In this document: piece by piece, positions 27,788 to 38,778 of the stretch
Layout of the letters: each line of letters opens with the position of its first letter
How positions within the stretch are numbered: the stretch's first letter is position 1
Source of the DNA: Enterobacter phage fGh-Ecl02
Sequence record: ON212266.1
Strand: one strand, 5' to 3'
DNA: 64,000 bases
Translations under genes and position numbers: made by a program
The notes under the pieces: generated by a model
The model's database searches: none
What the model was told of the DNA's origin: nothing
Seen by the model: the letters and a program-made list of their open reading frames with translations, nothing else

Positions 27788-30784
27788 ATGGCTAATAAAC
27801 CAACACAGCCTGTTTTCCCTCTCGGTCTGGCGGCTGAAGAGCAGTCTACTTTGGCTGGTGTCCTCAACACGGGTACGATTGAGCATGGACCAGATGCCGT
27901 CCTGACTTTACCCGAGGGTAATGCCAGCGCAGGGCTCCCGTCTTCCGTTCGCTACAATGCCGACTCCGACGAATTCGAAGGTTATTACGAAAAGGGTGGT
28001 TGGTTGCCGCTGGGTGGCGGTGGTATCCGCTGGGAAGCCCTTCCGCATGCCTCTACGGCAACGCTCACTGAAGGGCGAGGCTATCTGGTAGACAACTCCA
28101 CAGGCGTCTCTACGGTGGTGTTCCCTTCCCCTACGCGCATTGGCGATTCTGTTACAGTCTGTGACTTGTATGGAAAGTTCTCCCTGTATCCTCTGACCAT
28201 CGATCCAAACGGACGCCCAATGTACGGCTCTGTAGAGCCTATGACTCTCTCCACAGATAGTGTATCTGCGACCTTTACCTGGTCTGGAGACGCGCGTGGT
28301 TGGATTGTGACTGCTGGTGTCGGTCTTGGCCAGGGGCACGTTTACAGTCGTACCATCTTCACTGAGACAGTTGCATCAGACACAGCTCAGGTAACTCTCA
28401 CCACACAGCCGTCCATTGTTGATGTGTATGTTGACGGGAAGCGCCTGCTGGAGTCAAAGTATTCCCTCAATGGTTACAATGTCGACTTCAGTCCATCAAT
28501 CCCATCAGGTTCCGAGCTGCAGGTCATCCAATATGTCCCGATCCAGTTGGGCGATGGCTCCGGTGGTTCCGGCGGCGGTACGGTTATCACTTGGATATAC
28601 AATAGCGGATCAGCTGCGGGCGGTGAAACTGAGATCGAGTTGGACGTGGATGCCGAAGATGTTTCTGAGATCTTTATCGATGGATCCCGCCAGCAGAAAG
28701 GCCTGGGCTTCACTTATGACTCCGTTACGAAGATCATCACGCTGGCCGACGAACTCGAAGCTGGTGATGAAGTTGTTGTCGTCATCAATGGCGACCCAAC
28801 ACTGTACAATCAGATCGACCGTACACCAAACGAAGTGGCGCGTTCCGTGAACGTGCCGAATTCTCAGGTTATTTTGTCGTCCGATACCATCACCAAACTG
28901 GACGGAAAGACGGTTATCTATGATGTCGTTGCACAGAAGATCTGGGGTCTGCCTTCTGGTATCCCAACAGGCGCGTCCATCGTATCTGTGAGCGGAAGCA
29001 CCCTGACATATGCGCCTGGAGGTGTTGTTGTTAGTTTGTTGCCTGTATCAAATGAATACACTGATGTACTACGCTCTGATTTAGCCGCGCAAGACGGAGA
29101 TAAATTACTCGGGGAGGCATTGACCGTAACCGCGCTGAGGAACATAGAGCCGTCATTTGATAAACAGCGCATAACACTGCGCGAGTACAGTTCCGGCACA
29201 CGATACGGTGGCGGGCAGTTACGAGCAGTGCTCGACGGTAGCTCTTACACCGACAACGGCGTTACTGTATTCAAGACTCCTGGGGGAGCGGCATGGATTC
29301 GTATTAATGCTGACACTGTAAATCCGTTAATGGCAGGTGCAGTACCGGACGGCGTTACGCCATGTTCCTCTGCCATTAACGCTGCATTCGCAGCAGCTAA
29401 ACGAATTAGTTTCCCTGATGGTGATTACCTGCTGGACGCAACAATCACGGCGCATGAAGCCCGCCGTATTGACTTTGGCGCGGCAAGGCTGATTCAGGGT
29501 ACTACATTGTCGAACTATATTTTCGCTATCCGTGGTTCGAATACACAGGCGCGTGGCGGTAATATCGTTGGTACAGGTATCAGGGCTGGAGCAAGCAGTG
29601 TAGTGTCTGCTGTGTTAGTTGCTGATACCTCCCATAGCTCTGTTATAGGAATGACCGTCAGAAAGGTGCCTGGCTCAGGCATTCAGATGATCAATTGCAC
29701 TCGTTGCAAGATTCAGGATTGCATATCTGAAAATAACTGGGGTATGGGGCTTGAAGACCGTTACGGAACATTCAATGAAGTTATCAATTCAATCAGCAAT
29801 TCCAACGGATACCTGAGTGATACAGAGATAAACGCAACAGGCCGTGGTTGCATTATCTGGAAGAGCACCGGCACAATCTTCAAAGGAAACCAGACATTCG
29901 GCAACAGCGAATATGGTATTCGCGTTTACTCTCAGAGCGGTGATGATGCTCCGACAAGATACATTCACATTATTGACCACATTGCTGGTGATAATCAGAA
30001 GATAGATATCTATGTATACAACGATTCTGGTAATTTGCTTGGCATCGAGTTGACAAACTGCCATGTACACCGATGGAATCAATCTTTCAGCGGTAGTCCT
30101 ATGGTCGCTCTTCAGGGTCAAAGATGCCACTTTAATGGCGGGAGCCTGACAAAATATGGTGATATTTATGACTCACGAGCTATTCAGTGTAGTAATGGCG
30201 ATAATATTATTGTTGAAAATGTGAGTATTAACAACGTTACTCATGCGTTCGGTAACTCTGCGAATAACACTATTTTCAGAAACTGCGCAACATACTCTTC
30301 GACGATAACTGACGCGTCCGGCGGCTCGATAGGTGTTGCTAAGTACGAGGGTATCGATGCTGTTCATGCAGGTACTGGCACCAGTGATTATGCAATTACG
30401 GTTACTGCTGCTTGCGCTATTACCAACGTCACTTTCCAGGGCTTCGCACGTAATATCTCGTGGAATAACCAGAGCTTAACCATTAGAGACTGCCGCAGCT
30501 TTAATACAACCGGTGAGGCAATTCGCATGTACGGCGATGGTGTAGGTGCACTGCAAATGTCTGGTAACAGGTGGGACGTTGCGACTGTTCCTGCATGGCT
30601 TGGTAGCTTGGTGAAACAAGGTAGTGCACTACCGGTTCTATATGATACCGCAGCACCAACCACATTGACCTGGCCTCGTGGTGCAAAATGCATTAACAGT
30701 TCACCAGCTGTAGGTAGTCCCAAAGAGTGGATATGTACTGTAGCAGGAACCCCAGGTACATGGGTATCTGGTGGTAATTTGTAA
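27788..30784 (+). CDS. tailspike protein A (gp10-like N-terminal domains + right-handed beta-helix/pectate-lyase-like C-terminus) about 998 aa
   Basis: The N-terminal segment is homologous to the N-terminus of tailspike C ('ARSVNVPNSQVILSSDTITKLDGKTVIYD' versus 'ARSANVRDSEVILSTDTTQPLNGKKIIFD'). The C-terminus has repetitive N/G/S/T-rich beta-helix-like sequence. Confidence 0.75.
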   Translation: MANKPTQPVFPLGLAAEEQSTLAGVLNTGTIEHGPDAVLTLPEGNASAGLPSSVRYNADSDEFEGYYEKGGWLPLGGGGIRWEALPHASTATLTEGRGYLVDNSTGVSTVVFPSPTRIGDSVTVCDLYGKFSLYPLTIDPNGRPMYGSVEPMTLSTDSVSATFTWSGDARGWIVTAGVGLGQGHVYSRTIFTETVASDTAQVTLTTQPSIVDVYVDGKRLLESKYSLNGYNVDFSPSIPSGSELQVIQYVPIQLGDGSGGSGGGTVITWIYNSGSAAGGETEIELDVDAEDVSEIFIDGSRQQKGLGFTYDSVTKIITLADELEAGDEVVVVINGDPTLYNQIDRTPNEVARSVNVPNSQVILSSDTITKLDGKTVIYDVVAQKIWGLPSGIPTGASIVSVSGSTLTYAPGGVVVSLLPVSNEYTDVLRSDLAAQDGDKLLGEALTVTALRNIEPSFDKQRITLREYSSGTRYGGGQLRAVLDGSSYTDNGVTVFKTPGGAAWIRINADTVNPLMAGAVPDGVTPCSSAINAAFAAAKRISFPDGDYLLDATITAHEARRIDFGAARLIQGTTLSNYIFAIRGSNTQARGGNIVGTGIRAGASSVVSAVLVADTSHSSVIGMTVRKVPGSGIQMINCTRCKIQDCISENNWGMGLEDRYGTFNEVINSISNSNGYLSDTEINATGRGCIIWKSTGTIFKGNQTFGNSEYGIRVYSQSGDDAPTRYIHIIDHIAGDNQKIDIYVYNDSGNLLGIELTNCHVHRWNQSFSGSPMVALQGQRCHFNGGSLTKYGDIYDSRAIQCSNGDNIIVENVSINNVTHAFGNSANNTIFRNCATYSSTITDASGGSIGVAKYEGIDAVHAGTGTSDYAITVTAACAITNVTFQGFARNISWNNQSLTIRDCRSFNTTGEAIRMYGDGVGALQMSGNRWDVATVPAWLGSLVKQGSALPVLYDTAAPTTLTWPRGAKCINSSPAVGSPKEWICTVAGTPGTWVSGGNL

Positions 30785-30818
30785 CACTATGAAGAGAGTG
30801 TTATAAGGCTCCTTGATC

Positions 30819-30858
30819 TCACTAAATACCCCATATTGGCAAATCCTCTATGGGGTAT
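30819..30858 (+). repeat. 40-nt promoter-hairpin cassette, copy 1 (tcactaaataccccatattggcaaatcctctatggggtat)
   Basis: Identical to 32999-33038. Contains CTAAATAcccc and the inverted repeat ataccccata/tatggggtat. Confidence 0.85.
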
Positions 30859-30862
30859 TATC

Positions 30863-32965
30863 ATGAATCCGCAATTCAATCAGCCGAAAGGTTCAACAGC
30901 CAAAGAAATCAACAAAAACCCGCGTGAATTGTGGCGGCGGGCTTTGTCGGATTTAGGCCTTAATTTGGTTGACGGTAGTTTTGAAGATGGTGCTACTGTG
31001 GCGTCTGCAACTGACGCCGTGTGGCATGTCAATGGTGCCCAGTGTTACACCTGGGGTGGGTCTTTACCCAAGACTGTAGACAAAAACTCAACACCGCAAT
31101 CAACTGGTGGGATATCTGGAGAAGCCTGGAAGAAATACGATGAAACTTCTCAGGTTACGACACCAGGATACTATGGCGGAACTTGTTTCCCTACGGAAAA
31201 TAATCTCTCCTTGGCCGTCGGGGATATTATCCCGTCGGGAGTAATGTTCGTCAGAATTGATGGCAATCTGATGATGATGAGTTCTTCTCTGACGGAACCC
31301 GTGACTGTCACCAGTTTTGATCAGACCACGATTAATGGTGTGTATGAGTTGTACCCAGTATCATTCTTTAACGAAGTGATCACGGGTTGGAAGATCGCCC
31401 AGAATGACGCACAGCTTGCCCGTTTGTTACCAAAGGCTGGTAATATTTACATTGGGTATTCTCCCGTGAAAGTTGAAGGGATCTTCACGATTCAGGGAGA
31501 CATTCAGCTTAAACCGCTTCTGCCAAAAGTAACTGTTGATTCCCGTCAGTTTTGGCTAAGGTCACCACGGACTTGGAATGATACAAACCAGGAGTTTGAC
31601 TACACTGCCTACGATATACGCATCGTCGGTAATTTCTTGTTTGATTTTTACCGTCAGGATGCGTCATTTGACCCTGGTGTTGGTTTGGCTATGCAATCCG
31701 CTGGCACGCTTGAGCTTTCAGGGTGTGAATTACAAGGTGCGTGGAACAGTAACGTAACAATGGATTATGGTCGCTGGGCGTTGGCTGACAATCTGTATTC
31801 ACACGATTGTGGACGTGGGAAAATCCAACAGCCGGACGGCAGCAATCGTCAAGGCATGGCAATTATTGTAGGTAACGCTACAGAAGCACATATCCATCAT
31901 ATCCGTACTAGAACCACATGGGCATCTTCTGTATTTGTGGATTCAGCTCGCCCAGCTCGCACACTTAACGTAATGATTCATGACATCAGCATTAATGGTT
32001 CTGGCGGTAATGGTCTTCGTCTTCAGTCTGATGACTTGGTAACTGGTGTTGGCGGTGGTGATGGTACTGCAATTACACGTGTAAACATCAGTAATGTAAC
32101 AATCAAGAACTGCGAATCACACGGCATCCGTGCAAACTTTACAAACGGAAGCGTAACTGGGGTTTATATTGAGGCTTGTAACGCTGGCATTGCCATTGAA
32201 GGTTCAAGCGATGTGGCGTATGACAACATCATAATCAAGAATTGCTCACAGCCAATCCTCTGCCGATATTATCCGGTAGTCTGCACACGCCTGCGATTTA
32301 GTAATATCTTAATATCAGGCCACACAGATTGGGCCGTGTTCTTTTTGCGTAAGGATGGCTCCTCTCACACGGTAAATCTAGGGGATATTGAATTCGATGG
32401 GTTGACAATCCACTGCACACAACCAGGTTCTAAAGCTGTTATGATTAACTGCGGGGCGAACTCAACAGCGACTTCAGACATCACTATGAAGAACGTGCGT
32501 ATTGTTGGTGCATCCCCTGATACAGACGGAACAGCACTATGTCAGATTCATAATGCACGGCATATTGAAGTAGATAACTGGAACATTCGTGGTATTAATG
32601 GTAAGCCTAGTTCTTATCTGTATGCGCAGGCATCACAGAGCCTGAACATAAACCGCCTTGTGGGTGTTCAGCCATTCGGTACGGTTGAGCGTCCTATTGA
32701 ATGTGTTGGTGTGGCTGGTCATGTGAACATTGTCAACTGCTCGGTGCCTGTTACAACGAACGGAATACTTTATACAACTGTACCAGCTCACAGGTACGAG
32801 CAGGGGAACCAGTTCTTCAACAGTGAACGGCCGCAAGCGTATCCGTTTACAAACGCAGGTACTTTACGCGGCGGCGATGTGAATACGTTAACAACGCCCC
32901 AACTGGCAAACATAGTGGCTACGCTGATTAACGATATTAGCCTGGGCAAATTCGTAATCAGATAA
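30863..32965 (+). CDS. tailspike protein B about 700 aa
   Basis: N-terminus 'YTWGGSLPKTVDKNSTPQSTGGISGEAWKKY' is a conserved fibre/tailspike head-binding motif. Beta-helix repeats 'NGSGGNGLRLQSDD'. Confidence 0.75.
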   Translation: MNPQFNQPKGSTAKEINKNPRELWRRALSDLGLNLVDGSFEDGATVASATDAVWHVNGAQCYTWGGSLPKTVDKNSTPQSTGGISGEAWKKYDETSQVTTPGYYGGTCFPTENNLSLAVGDIIPSGVMFVRIDGNLMMMSSSLTEPVTVTSFDQTTINGVYELYPVSFFNEVITGWKIAQNDAQLARLLPKAGNIYIGYSPVKVEGIFTIQGDIQLKPLLPKVTVDSRQFWLRSPRTWNDTNQEFDYTAYDIRIVGNFLFDFYRQDASFDPGVGLAMQSAGTLELSGCELQGAWNSNVTMDYGRWALADNLYSHDCGRGKIQQPDGSNRQGMAIIVGNATEAHIHHIRTRTTWASSVFVDSARPARTLNVMIHDISINGSGGNGLRLQSDDLVTGVGGGDGTAITRVNISNVTIKNCESHGIRANFTNGSVTGVYIEACNAGIAIEGSSDVAYDNIIIKNCSQPILCRYYPVVCTRLRFSNILISGHTDWAVFFLRKDGSSHTVNLGDIEFDGLTIHCTQPGSKAVMINCGANSTATSDITMKNVRIVGASPDTDGTALCQIHNARHIEVDNWNIRGINGKPSSYLYAQASQSLNINRLVGVQPFGTVERPIECVGVAGHVNIVNCSVPVTTNGILYTTVPAHRYEQGNQFFNSERPQAYPFTNAGTLRGGDVNTLTTPQLANIVATLINDISLGKFVIR

Positions 32966-32998
32966 AACAAGTGGGTAGTCCTGCGACTCCTTATCCAT

Positions 32999-33038
32999 TC
33001 ACTAAATACCCCATATTGGCAAATCCTCTATGGGGTAT
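32999..33038 (+). repeat. 40-nt promoter-hairpin cassette, copy 2
   Basis: Identical 40-mer to 30819-30858. Confidence 0.85.
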
Positions 33039-33044
33039 CTTCAA

Positions 33045-35708
33045 ATGACCAGAAACGTCGAGAGCATCTTTGGAGCGGTCGTAACAGCTCCGCACCAGAT
33101 TCCATACACTTATACCGCAACGGGTGGAGAGACGTTTATCTCCCTCCCTTTCTACCCTGTCACTGGTATAGTCACAATCAACGGTGGTATGCAAGTTCCG
33201 TTAGACAACTTTGAAATCGATGGAAATACGTTGAATCTCGGGTGCGCATTATCCAAAGGTGACGTTGTGTTCTGTCTGTTTGATAAGATTCTGTCTCCAG
33301 AAGATTATAAAACCGGGATTCGAATCTATAAGTTTCAGGCTATAGGAGGTGAAACCGAGTTCACTCCTGATTACACATCTTATGGAGTCCAATCTCTTTA
33401 TATCGGTGGTGAGTACAAAACACCCGAAATTGAATATTCCTATGACAGCACGACAGGGAAAGTGTCTTTACAAACTGCGCTGACTGCAGGCGTTTGGGTA
33501 GTCGCTGAAATGTCTGTTAAACAACCGAATATCAGTCCGTTGTTTGACCGAAGTATTCAAGAAATCGCCCGTTCAGCTAATGTAAGAGATTCTGAAGTAA
33601 TCCTCAGCACGGATACTACTCAGCCCCTTAATGGTAAAAAGATTATCTTCGATGCAGCTTCTCAGAAAATTTATGGCCTGCCTTCATTACCGACCAATGT
33701 CTATATTAGTTCTGTGTCTAATGGTCAGTTAACCTACAGCCCGGGTAACATTACCGTAGATTTGATGGAAGTTCCTAATTCTGGTGCTAGTCTCAGAGAA
33801 GACCTGAGTAAGCCTGATGGTAGCAAGCTCATTGGTTCATGCCCCAATATTGCAGTACTGCGAACAATTGAGCCTACCTATGCTGAACAACGCATTTACG
33901 TAGAAGCACATACTGAAGGTATGTCTGCAACCAATGCAGGTGATTTGGGTGGTGGTTACTTTGTATATAAACCATCTGTTACATCAGCAGATGACAATGG
34001 TATGACTATTGTTACTGCATCCGGCAAGCGTTGGGTACGTGATTTACGTGGTAGCACCGAAGTTACCCCATCTATGTTTGGTGCGTGGATGGATGCTCCT
34101 TATATTGATGGGAGCACTATTCAGGGTACACCTTACCCTAAAGCACCGAGTATGGGGGCTGCTGACCTGTCCGGTGTGCATAATGATGGGGATGCTTTGC
34201 AGGCAACTTACTCGTATGCTGTAGCTAATGGGTTGAATATTAAAATTACCCAGCCAATGTATATTGGTGATACACAGATAGATATCAGTGATGCACGTTG
34301 GACAGGTAAATCTCTATCCATTACGGGTCTTGGTCAGAGACAAAGTATTATTTATACATCAGGTAAGGGTGGATTCATCTCTACCAGATGGGGGCATAAT
34401 ATTACTATTGGTCGCCTCTCTTTCCGTAATGCTGATTCTGATTACGTAGGTAGCCCTCTTGTTATTAGTTCATTCGACTTAAGTAATGGCATAGGTGGTG
34501 GTGGTAAGACATTTAATGTGCATGACGTGGACTTTTACCACTATAAGTTCGCTTTGCCTATGGCTTGCTTTGTCAGTGTTATGACCAATTTGTATGCATA
34601 TGACTGTACCTATGGTTTTGGTATCAATGGAAGCACTAGTACGGATATGTCATCTATTTGGGCACACCATTGTGACATTGGCTTTTTATGGGGAGCTGCC
34701 ATTAATCGTACTACATACGAGCCAGCCAGTAATGGAATGCCTGTTATGTATGTTGCTACCAGCAATATTGCAGCAGATGGTTGTATTTTACCTCATAAAT
34801 TTTATGGAGATATTCGTAGCCTTTCCTTCTCTGGCTTTGGTATTGAAGGGATAAATGGTCCAGTGGCATTAGACTTCTCGCAATTAGCTTCTCCTGCTGC
34901 ACAAACAACAATCGTATTCAGAGATGTTTCTTGTTGGATTCAGTCTAAAATGAATACTGGTGTAACTCATTTTATTGAGTTGCCTGCTAATGAGTACCAG
35001 GCTGGTAGGATTATTTTTGACAGTGGTTACGTTAACTCTGACTATGCTATCAAATTGATGGAGAATACCACTTCTCCAAGTAACCAGTATGTTGGGCGTA
35101 GTGTTACATTAAATAGTAATTTTGAATTTTTAAAAGTTAGCGATGGTTCCTACACAATATCTACATATAACCGTGGCAACCTTTACCGGGGCAGGGTATA
35201 TGGAGAAGATATTGTACAAGGTCGTAACTCGTACACGGGTACTACTTTGTCAGCAATCCATTCTAATAGTAATTCCTTCTTCAGAAGTGTTGACCACAAG
35301 GAAGCTACTGTACTGGTTCCATGGAACAGGGCTTTAGATATATTCCTTTGTGCTGTAGGGGAAGAGACTAAAATTCCGGATGGTTGCTTCGTTGCAGGAC
35401 GTGCAGATATCATTCCAGTTAACAAAAATGGTTTGGCTGGTACTGAATCAGGGGGCAGTATTCTGTTTGGGCTATCCGGTAGCACACAGGAAAATGTAGC
35501 CTCTGGTGCAGTTTGGTCCAATATGATTGCTGGTGATAAATCCCTTTCCGGGGTAACTGTAACCAAACTGGTACGTGATGGTAAAACATTTGTCAGAATT
35601 GCATTACCTACAGCAAGCCTAGTAAATGCAATCGTTCATCTGTCTGTATCCTACTGTGGTTTTGCACATTACTACGACAAGCGTTGGGAAGTAAAACCAT
35701 TAAGCTAA
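33045..35708 (+). CDS. tailspike protein C about 887 aa
   Basis: N-terminal anchor homologous to tailspike A. AT-richer beta-helix C-terminus. Confidence 0.75.
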   Translation: MTRNVESIFGAVVTAPHQIPYTYTATGGETFISLPFYPVTGIVTINGGMQVPLDNFEIDGNTLNLGCALSKGDVVFCLFDKILSPEDYKTGIRIYKFQAIGGETEFTPDYTSYGVQSLYIGGEYKTPEIEYSYDSTTGKVSLQTALTAGVWVVAEMSVKQPNISPLFDRSIQEIARSANVRDSEVILSTDTTQPLNGKKIIFDAASQKIYGLPSLPTNVYISSVSNGQLTYSPGNITVDLMEVPNSGASLREDLSKPDGSKLIGSCPNIAVLRTIEPTYAEQRIYVEAHTEGMSATNAGDLGGGYFVYKPSVTSADDNGMTIVTASGKRWVRDLRGSTEVTPSMFGAWMDAPYIDGSTIQGTPYPKAPSMGAADLSGVHNDGDALQATYSYAVANGLNIKITQPMYIGDTQIDISDARWTGKSLSITGLGQRQSIIYTSGKGGFISTRWGHNITIGRLSFRNADSDYVGSPLVISSFDLSNGIGGGGKTFNVHDVDFYHYKFALPMACFVSVMTNLYAYDCTYGFGINGSTSTDMSSIWAHHCDIGFLWGAAINRTTYEPASNGMPVMYVATSNIAADGCILPHKFYGDIRSLSFSGFGIEGINGPVALDFSQLASPAAQTTIVFRDVSCWIQSKMNTGVTHFIELPANEYQAGRIIFDSGYVNSDYAIKLMENTTSPSNQYVGRSVTLNSNFEFLKVSDGSYTISTYNRGNLYRGRVYGEDIVQGRNSYTGTTLSAIHSNSNSFFRSVDHKEATVLVPWNRALDIFLCAVGEETKIPDGCFVAGRADIIPVNKNGLAGTESGGSILFGLSGSTQENVASGAVWSNMIAGDKSLSGVTVTKLVRDGKTFVRIALPTASLVNAIVHLSVSYCGFAHYYDKRWEVKPLS

Positions 35709-35710
35709 TC

Positions 35711-35742
35711 AACTACTCCCCACCCCCATAAGGGGGTGGTTT
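35711..35742 (+). terminator. rho-independent terminator after tailspike C
   Basis: ccaccccc-ataa-gggggtgg followed by ttt. Confidence 0.5.
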
Positions 35743-35765
35743 ACTAGAAAAACAAAGAGGTTGTT

Positions 35766-38399
35766 ATGAACGAGATGTTCTCACAAGGTGGTAAAGGCTC
35801 CACTGGTATTCTTACCAACAAGCAAGCCATTGCCCGTAAGTTTGGTGTTAAGCAGAATGAAGTAGTCTACTTTTCTGTAGGTGTAGACTTGGGTGGTTAC
35901 AAAGTCATTTATGATAAGTCTACCCAGCGTGCTTACTCATTACCTGTACTTCCGGTAGGAACCACTGCAGTAAGTCTTAATGAACAGGCAGAACTTATTC
36001 ATTCTAATGGGTCTATTGACTTAGGTCAGTTAGCTGTCGAACGTGGTGAGTATGTAACCCTCCCTTACTCATTTACTACTGGAGCCACGGTTAATGTAAA
36101 GAATGAGTTATTAACTCATGAAAGTAATCAATATTACTGGGATGGTTCTCTTCCTAAAGAAGTTGCCCCCAATTCTACCCCAGCTACTGCTGGTGGATTA
36201 GGTGCTACCAAATGGTCCCAAAAATCAAGCCAGGATAATAAGACTCCGGTTTCATTTACTCAGTTTGGTGCAGTAGGTGATGGTGTAACTAACGATGTGC
36301 AGGCTGTTGCTGCTGCATTCGCTTATGCTTATGCCAATAATTTACCGGTAGAGCAACACAGTGGTACTTTCCTGCTAGATGGTGGAACTTATCTTGATAT
36401 CAAAAACCTTCAGACAGATTTAACAGGTTGTGTATTGAAACCCTCTGCCTCGTGGACTGGGCAGATAGTCATTACACAGGGAGATGCACCTATTACACAC
36501 GGTGCAGGTTCTGCTGTAGTTAATGCTATGAATACTAATAATAATGCAAGTCGAGCAGTTGGTAGCACTGTATTTAATGGATTAGCTTCTAATACTGACC
36601 TGAATGGTTGTTATATTAAAGTATCTACTTCTCAGCCGATGTTTACTTTCAGGGATACTATCTATACCCGTAAGGATCTTAACCGTGTATACAACAGAGG
36701 TAATATTGAAAACCCTCTTCGTTACGGTATTGGTAATAACGTTACTGAGGTTTTTGCACTTAAGATTCGCAAGGATGTACAGACAGTCAAAGGTCTTACT
36801 ATTGATGAGAGCCTGTCTCGTAACTACAGGATAGTCTTTATTAATAATGCAACCCGTGTGCGTTTATTGAATACCTCATTCATTAATGCACCAATTACGC
36901 AGGACTACAGTACTTCACGTATTGAAGTATCTAACTCATATGATGTAATTATTGATGGGTTATTTACACCTGCTGTTGTGGACTCCTTCACATCTTCCGG
37001 TGACATCTATTCATACACTCTGGGTTTTGGTGAGAGCATGAATATACAGGTTAAGAATGCCACAGGTAACGGAGAAGGTTGGGGAGCAACTGGTTCTAAT
37101 GACTGTGCAAACATTTCCTTTACTAACTGTGACCTTAGTCGCATAGATTTCCATAGACCATTTCAGGGATTCCTTCGGGTTAACAAATGCAATGTTGGTC
37201 GGTATGGGGTAGTTGCATCTGGCATTGGGGATTTGATTATAGACGATGTGGTATTCAACGGCTCTACCGATACACTTGGTTCCATCATAGCGACTCGTCC
37301 TGACGCTGGGGGGTTCTTTGATGGTGACCTCTATATGACCAATGTGACAATCGCAGGTCGCCGTAGTGCACCTCTCTCTACACTAATTTTTGGTTACTCT
37401 GATGAAGGTCAGGGGCCGGTATCAGGTTCCCCAATTACCAGTACTTTGTTTAACAACATTGTTATTCGAGATTTGAAGTTGGGGGATGGTTTCTATGAAC
37501 AGGCATTCTCTACATTGATTTCCTGTTCTCGTGATTCCCAGTTACTATTCCCTCGTTCAATAACAATAGATGGATACAGTTTAGGTACTTTACCTAAGTC
37601 TTCTGGTATTGGCCTCAATATAGACTTCTCTCGTTTCAAGGAACTCTATACTGGAATGACTAACAGTGAACATCCGGTTACTGGAAGAAAGACTACAGAT
37701 ATTGTACTGAATAATATTCAGGTTCCTTACCTGTCTATTACCTCAGCATCGTATCGTCACAACCCTCATGTTACTGCTCGTAATGTTCGCCACATACTAG
37801 GAGATGAAGCACCTACCTTGTTTGAGACGAACCAACGTGGTAGTTACTACTTTGAGGATTGCTCCTTAGAACAAATCAAACTGTACTCTGGTAATAATCC
37901 AAATGGTCTGGTTAGTGTACGTATGCGTGGTGGTAAACTGCATCAGCCTGTTGCTGCTACTATGCCAATATTTGGTGAAGTAACCCATGACATTGTTCTG
38001 GATGGGGTAAATCTGATATGTAACTTTACTGGGCAGGATACTACCTACCCAATAACCCGGGCTATTCTGGCAAGAGCACTGGTTCAGGATTGTATTTACT
38101 GGGACGTATCTGGAACTCGCTTAAATAGCCTGCCTATTAATAACCAGACCGGTGTATCTGTTACATCCACCGTATCGGTACGTGCTGGACAAAAGATGAC
38201 TGTATCTTCTGGTTACTCTGCCAGCAGCAACTATACAAGGAATCATATTACTGCTTTGTGGGAAACGGACTGTAAGCAGATTGTTCCTTTAGATACTGGT
38301 ACTAATATTGTTATTAAATACTCAGTTACTGGTAATAGGGTTACTCAAATGGTGTTAACTGCACCAGCATCTAATGATATTCGTGAGTTAGCCATCTAA
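35766..38399 (+). CDS. tailspike protein D 877 aa
   Basis: 'YYWDGSLPKEVAPNSTPATAGGLGATKW' shares its motif with tailspike B. Pectate-lyase-like repeats. RBS aaagagg. Confidence 0.75.
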   Translation: MNEMFSQGGKGSTGILTNKQAIARKFGVKQNEVVYFSVGVDLGGYKVIYDKSTQRAYSLPVLPVGTTAVSLNEQAELIHSNGSIDLGQLAVERGEYVTLPYSFTTGATVNVKNELLTHESNQYYWDGSLPKEVAPNSTPATAGGLGATKWSQKSSQDNKTPVSFTQFGAVGDGVTNDVQAVAAAFAYAYANNLPVEQHSGTFLLDGGTYLDIKNLQTDLTGCVLKPSASWTGQIVITQGDAPITHGAGSAVVNAMNTNNNASRAVGSTVFNGLASNTDLNGCYIKVSTSQPMFTFRDTIYTRKDLNRVYNRGNIENPLRYGIGNNVTEVFALKIRKDVQTVKGLTIDESLSRNYRIVFINNATRVRLLNTSFINAPITQDYSTSRIEVSNSYDVIIDGLFTPAVVDSFTSSGDIYSYTLGFGESMNIQVKNATGNGEGWGATGSNDCANISFTNCDLSRIDFHRPFQGFLRVNKCNVGRYGVVASGIGDLIIDDVVFNGSTDTLGSIIATRPDAGGFFDGDLYMTNVTIAGRRSAPLSTLIFGYSDEGQGPVSGSPITSTLFNNIVIRDLKLGDGFYEQAFSTLISCSRDSQLLFPRSITIDGYSLGTLPKSSGIGLNIDFSRFKELYTGMTNSEHPVTGRKTTDIVLNNIQVPYLSITSASYRHNPHVTARNVRHILGDEAPTLFETNQRGSYYFEDCSLEQIKLYSGNNPNGLVSVRMRGGKLHQPVAATMPIFGEVTHDIVLDGVNLICNFTGQDTTYPITRAILARALVQDCIYWDVSGTRLNSLPINNQTGVSVTSTVSVRAGQKMTVSSGYSASSNYTRNHITALWETDCKQIVPLDTGTNIVIKYSVTGNRVTQMVLTAPASNDIRELAI

Positions 38400-38432
38400 A
38401 GGAAAATCCCCCTTAATTGGGGGCTTTTCTTA
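38400..38432 (+). terminator. rho-independent terminator after tailspike D
   Basis: aaatccccc-ttaatt-gggggctttt. Confidence 0.5.
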
Positions 38433-38778
38433 TATAGAATTTACTGTCTGCATTACCCTAACCGATACTGCTGTTAGGGTGATTACTTGTCCTGAGATAT
38501 AAACATACCCAATTGAATACCATCTATCATGAATGGGTCAGTTGAACCAAGTGTGTAAGTAGCCAATACGTTATCCCTATTAGAGATGTCCGTACCTTGT
38601 ACCTTAACACTAGCATCTGAACCCACTACTGTAGTTCCATTGGTTCGTCTTGTTTGCGTTCTTCACTCTCTTGCTGTACCAGCACAAATGGCGGAGGTCT
38701 TGAATCCATGACCATAACCACAGAAAGATAATCAAAGACCCTTCGGGCTTATTTCTTTCTATTCCTCGGTTGGCTGTA

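Noticed and set aside
30836-30862. Extended N-termini from the ORF track (MANPLWGII..., MGYLQMTRN..., MKRTHLGVFE..., MPRLL...)
   Set aside because: These ATGs lie inside the promoter-hairpin cassettes or the 37-nt repeats. The real starts are the downstream ATGs at 27788, 30863, 33045, 59821 and 60083.
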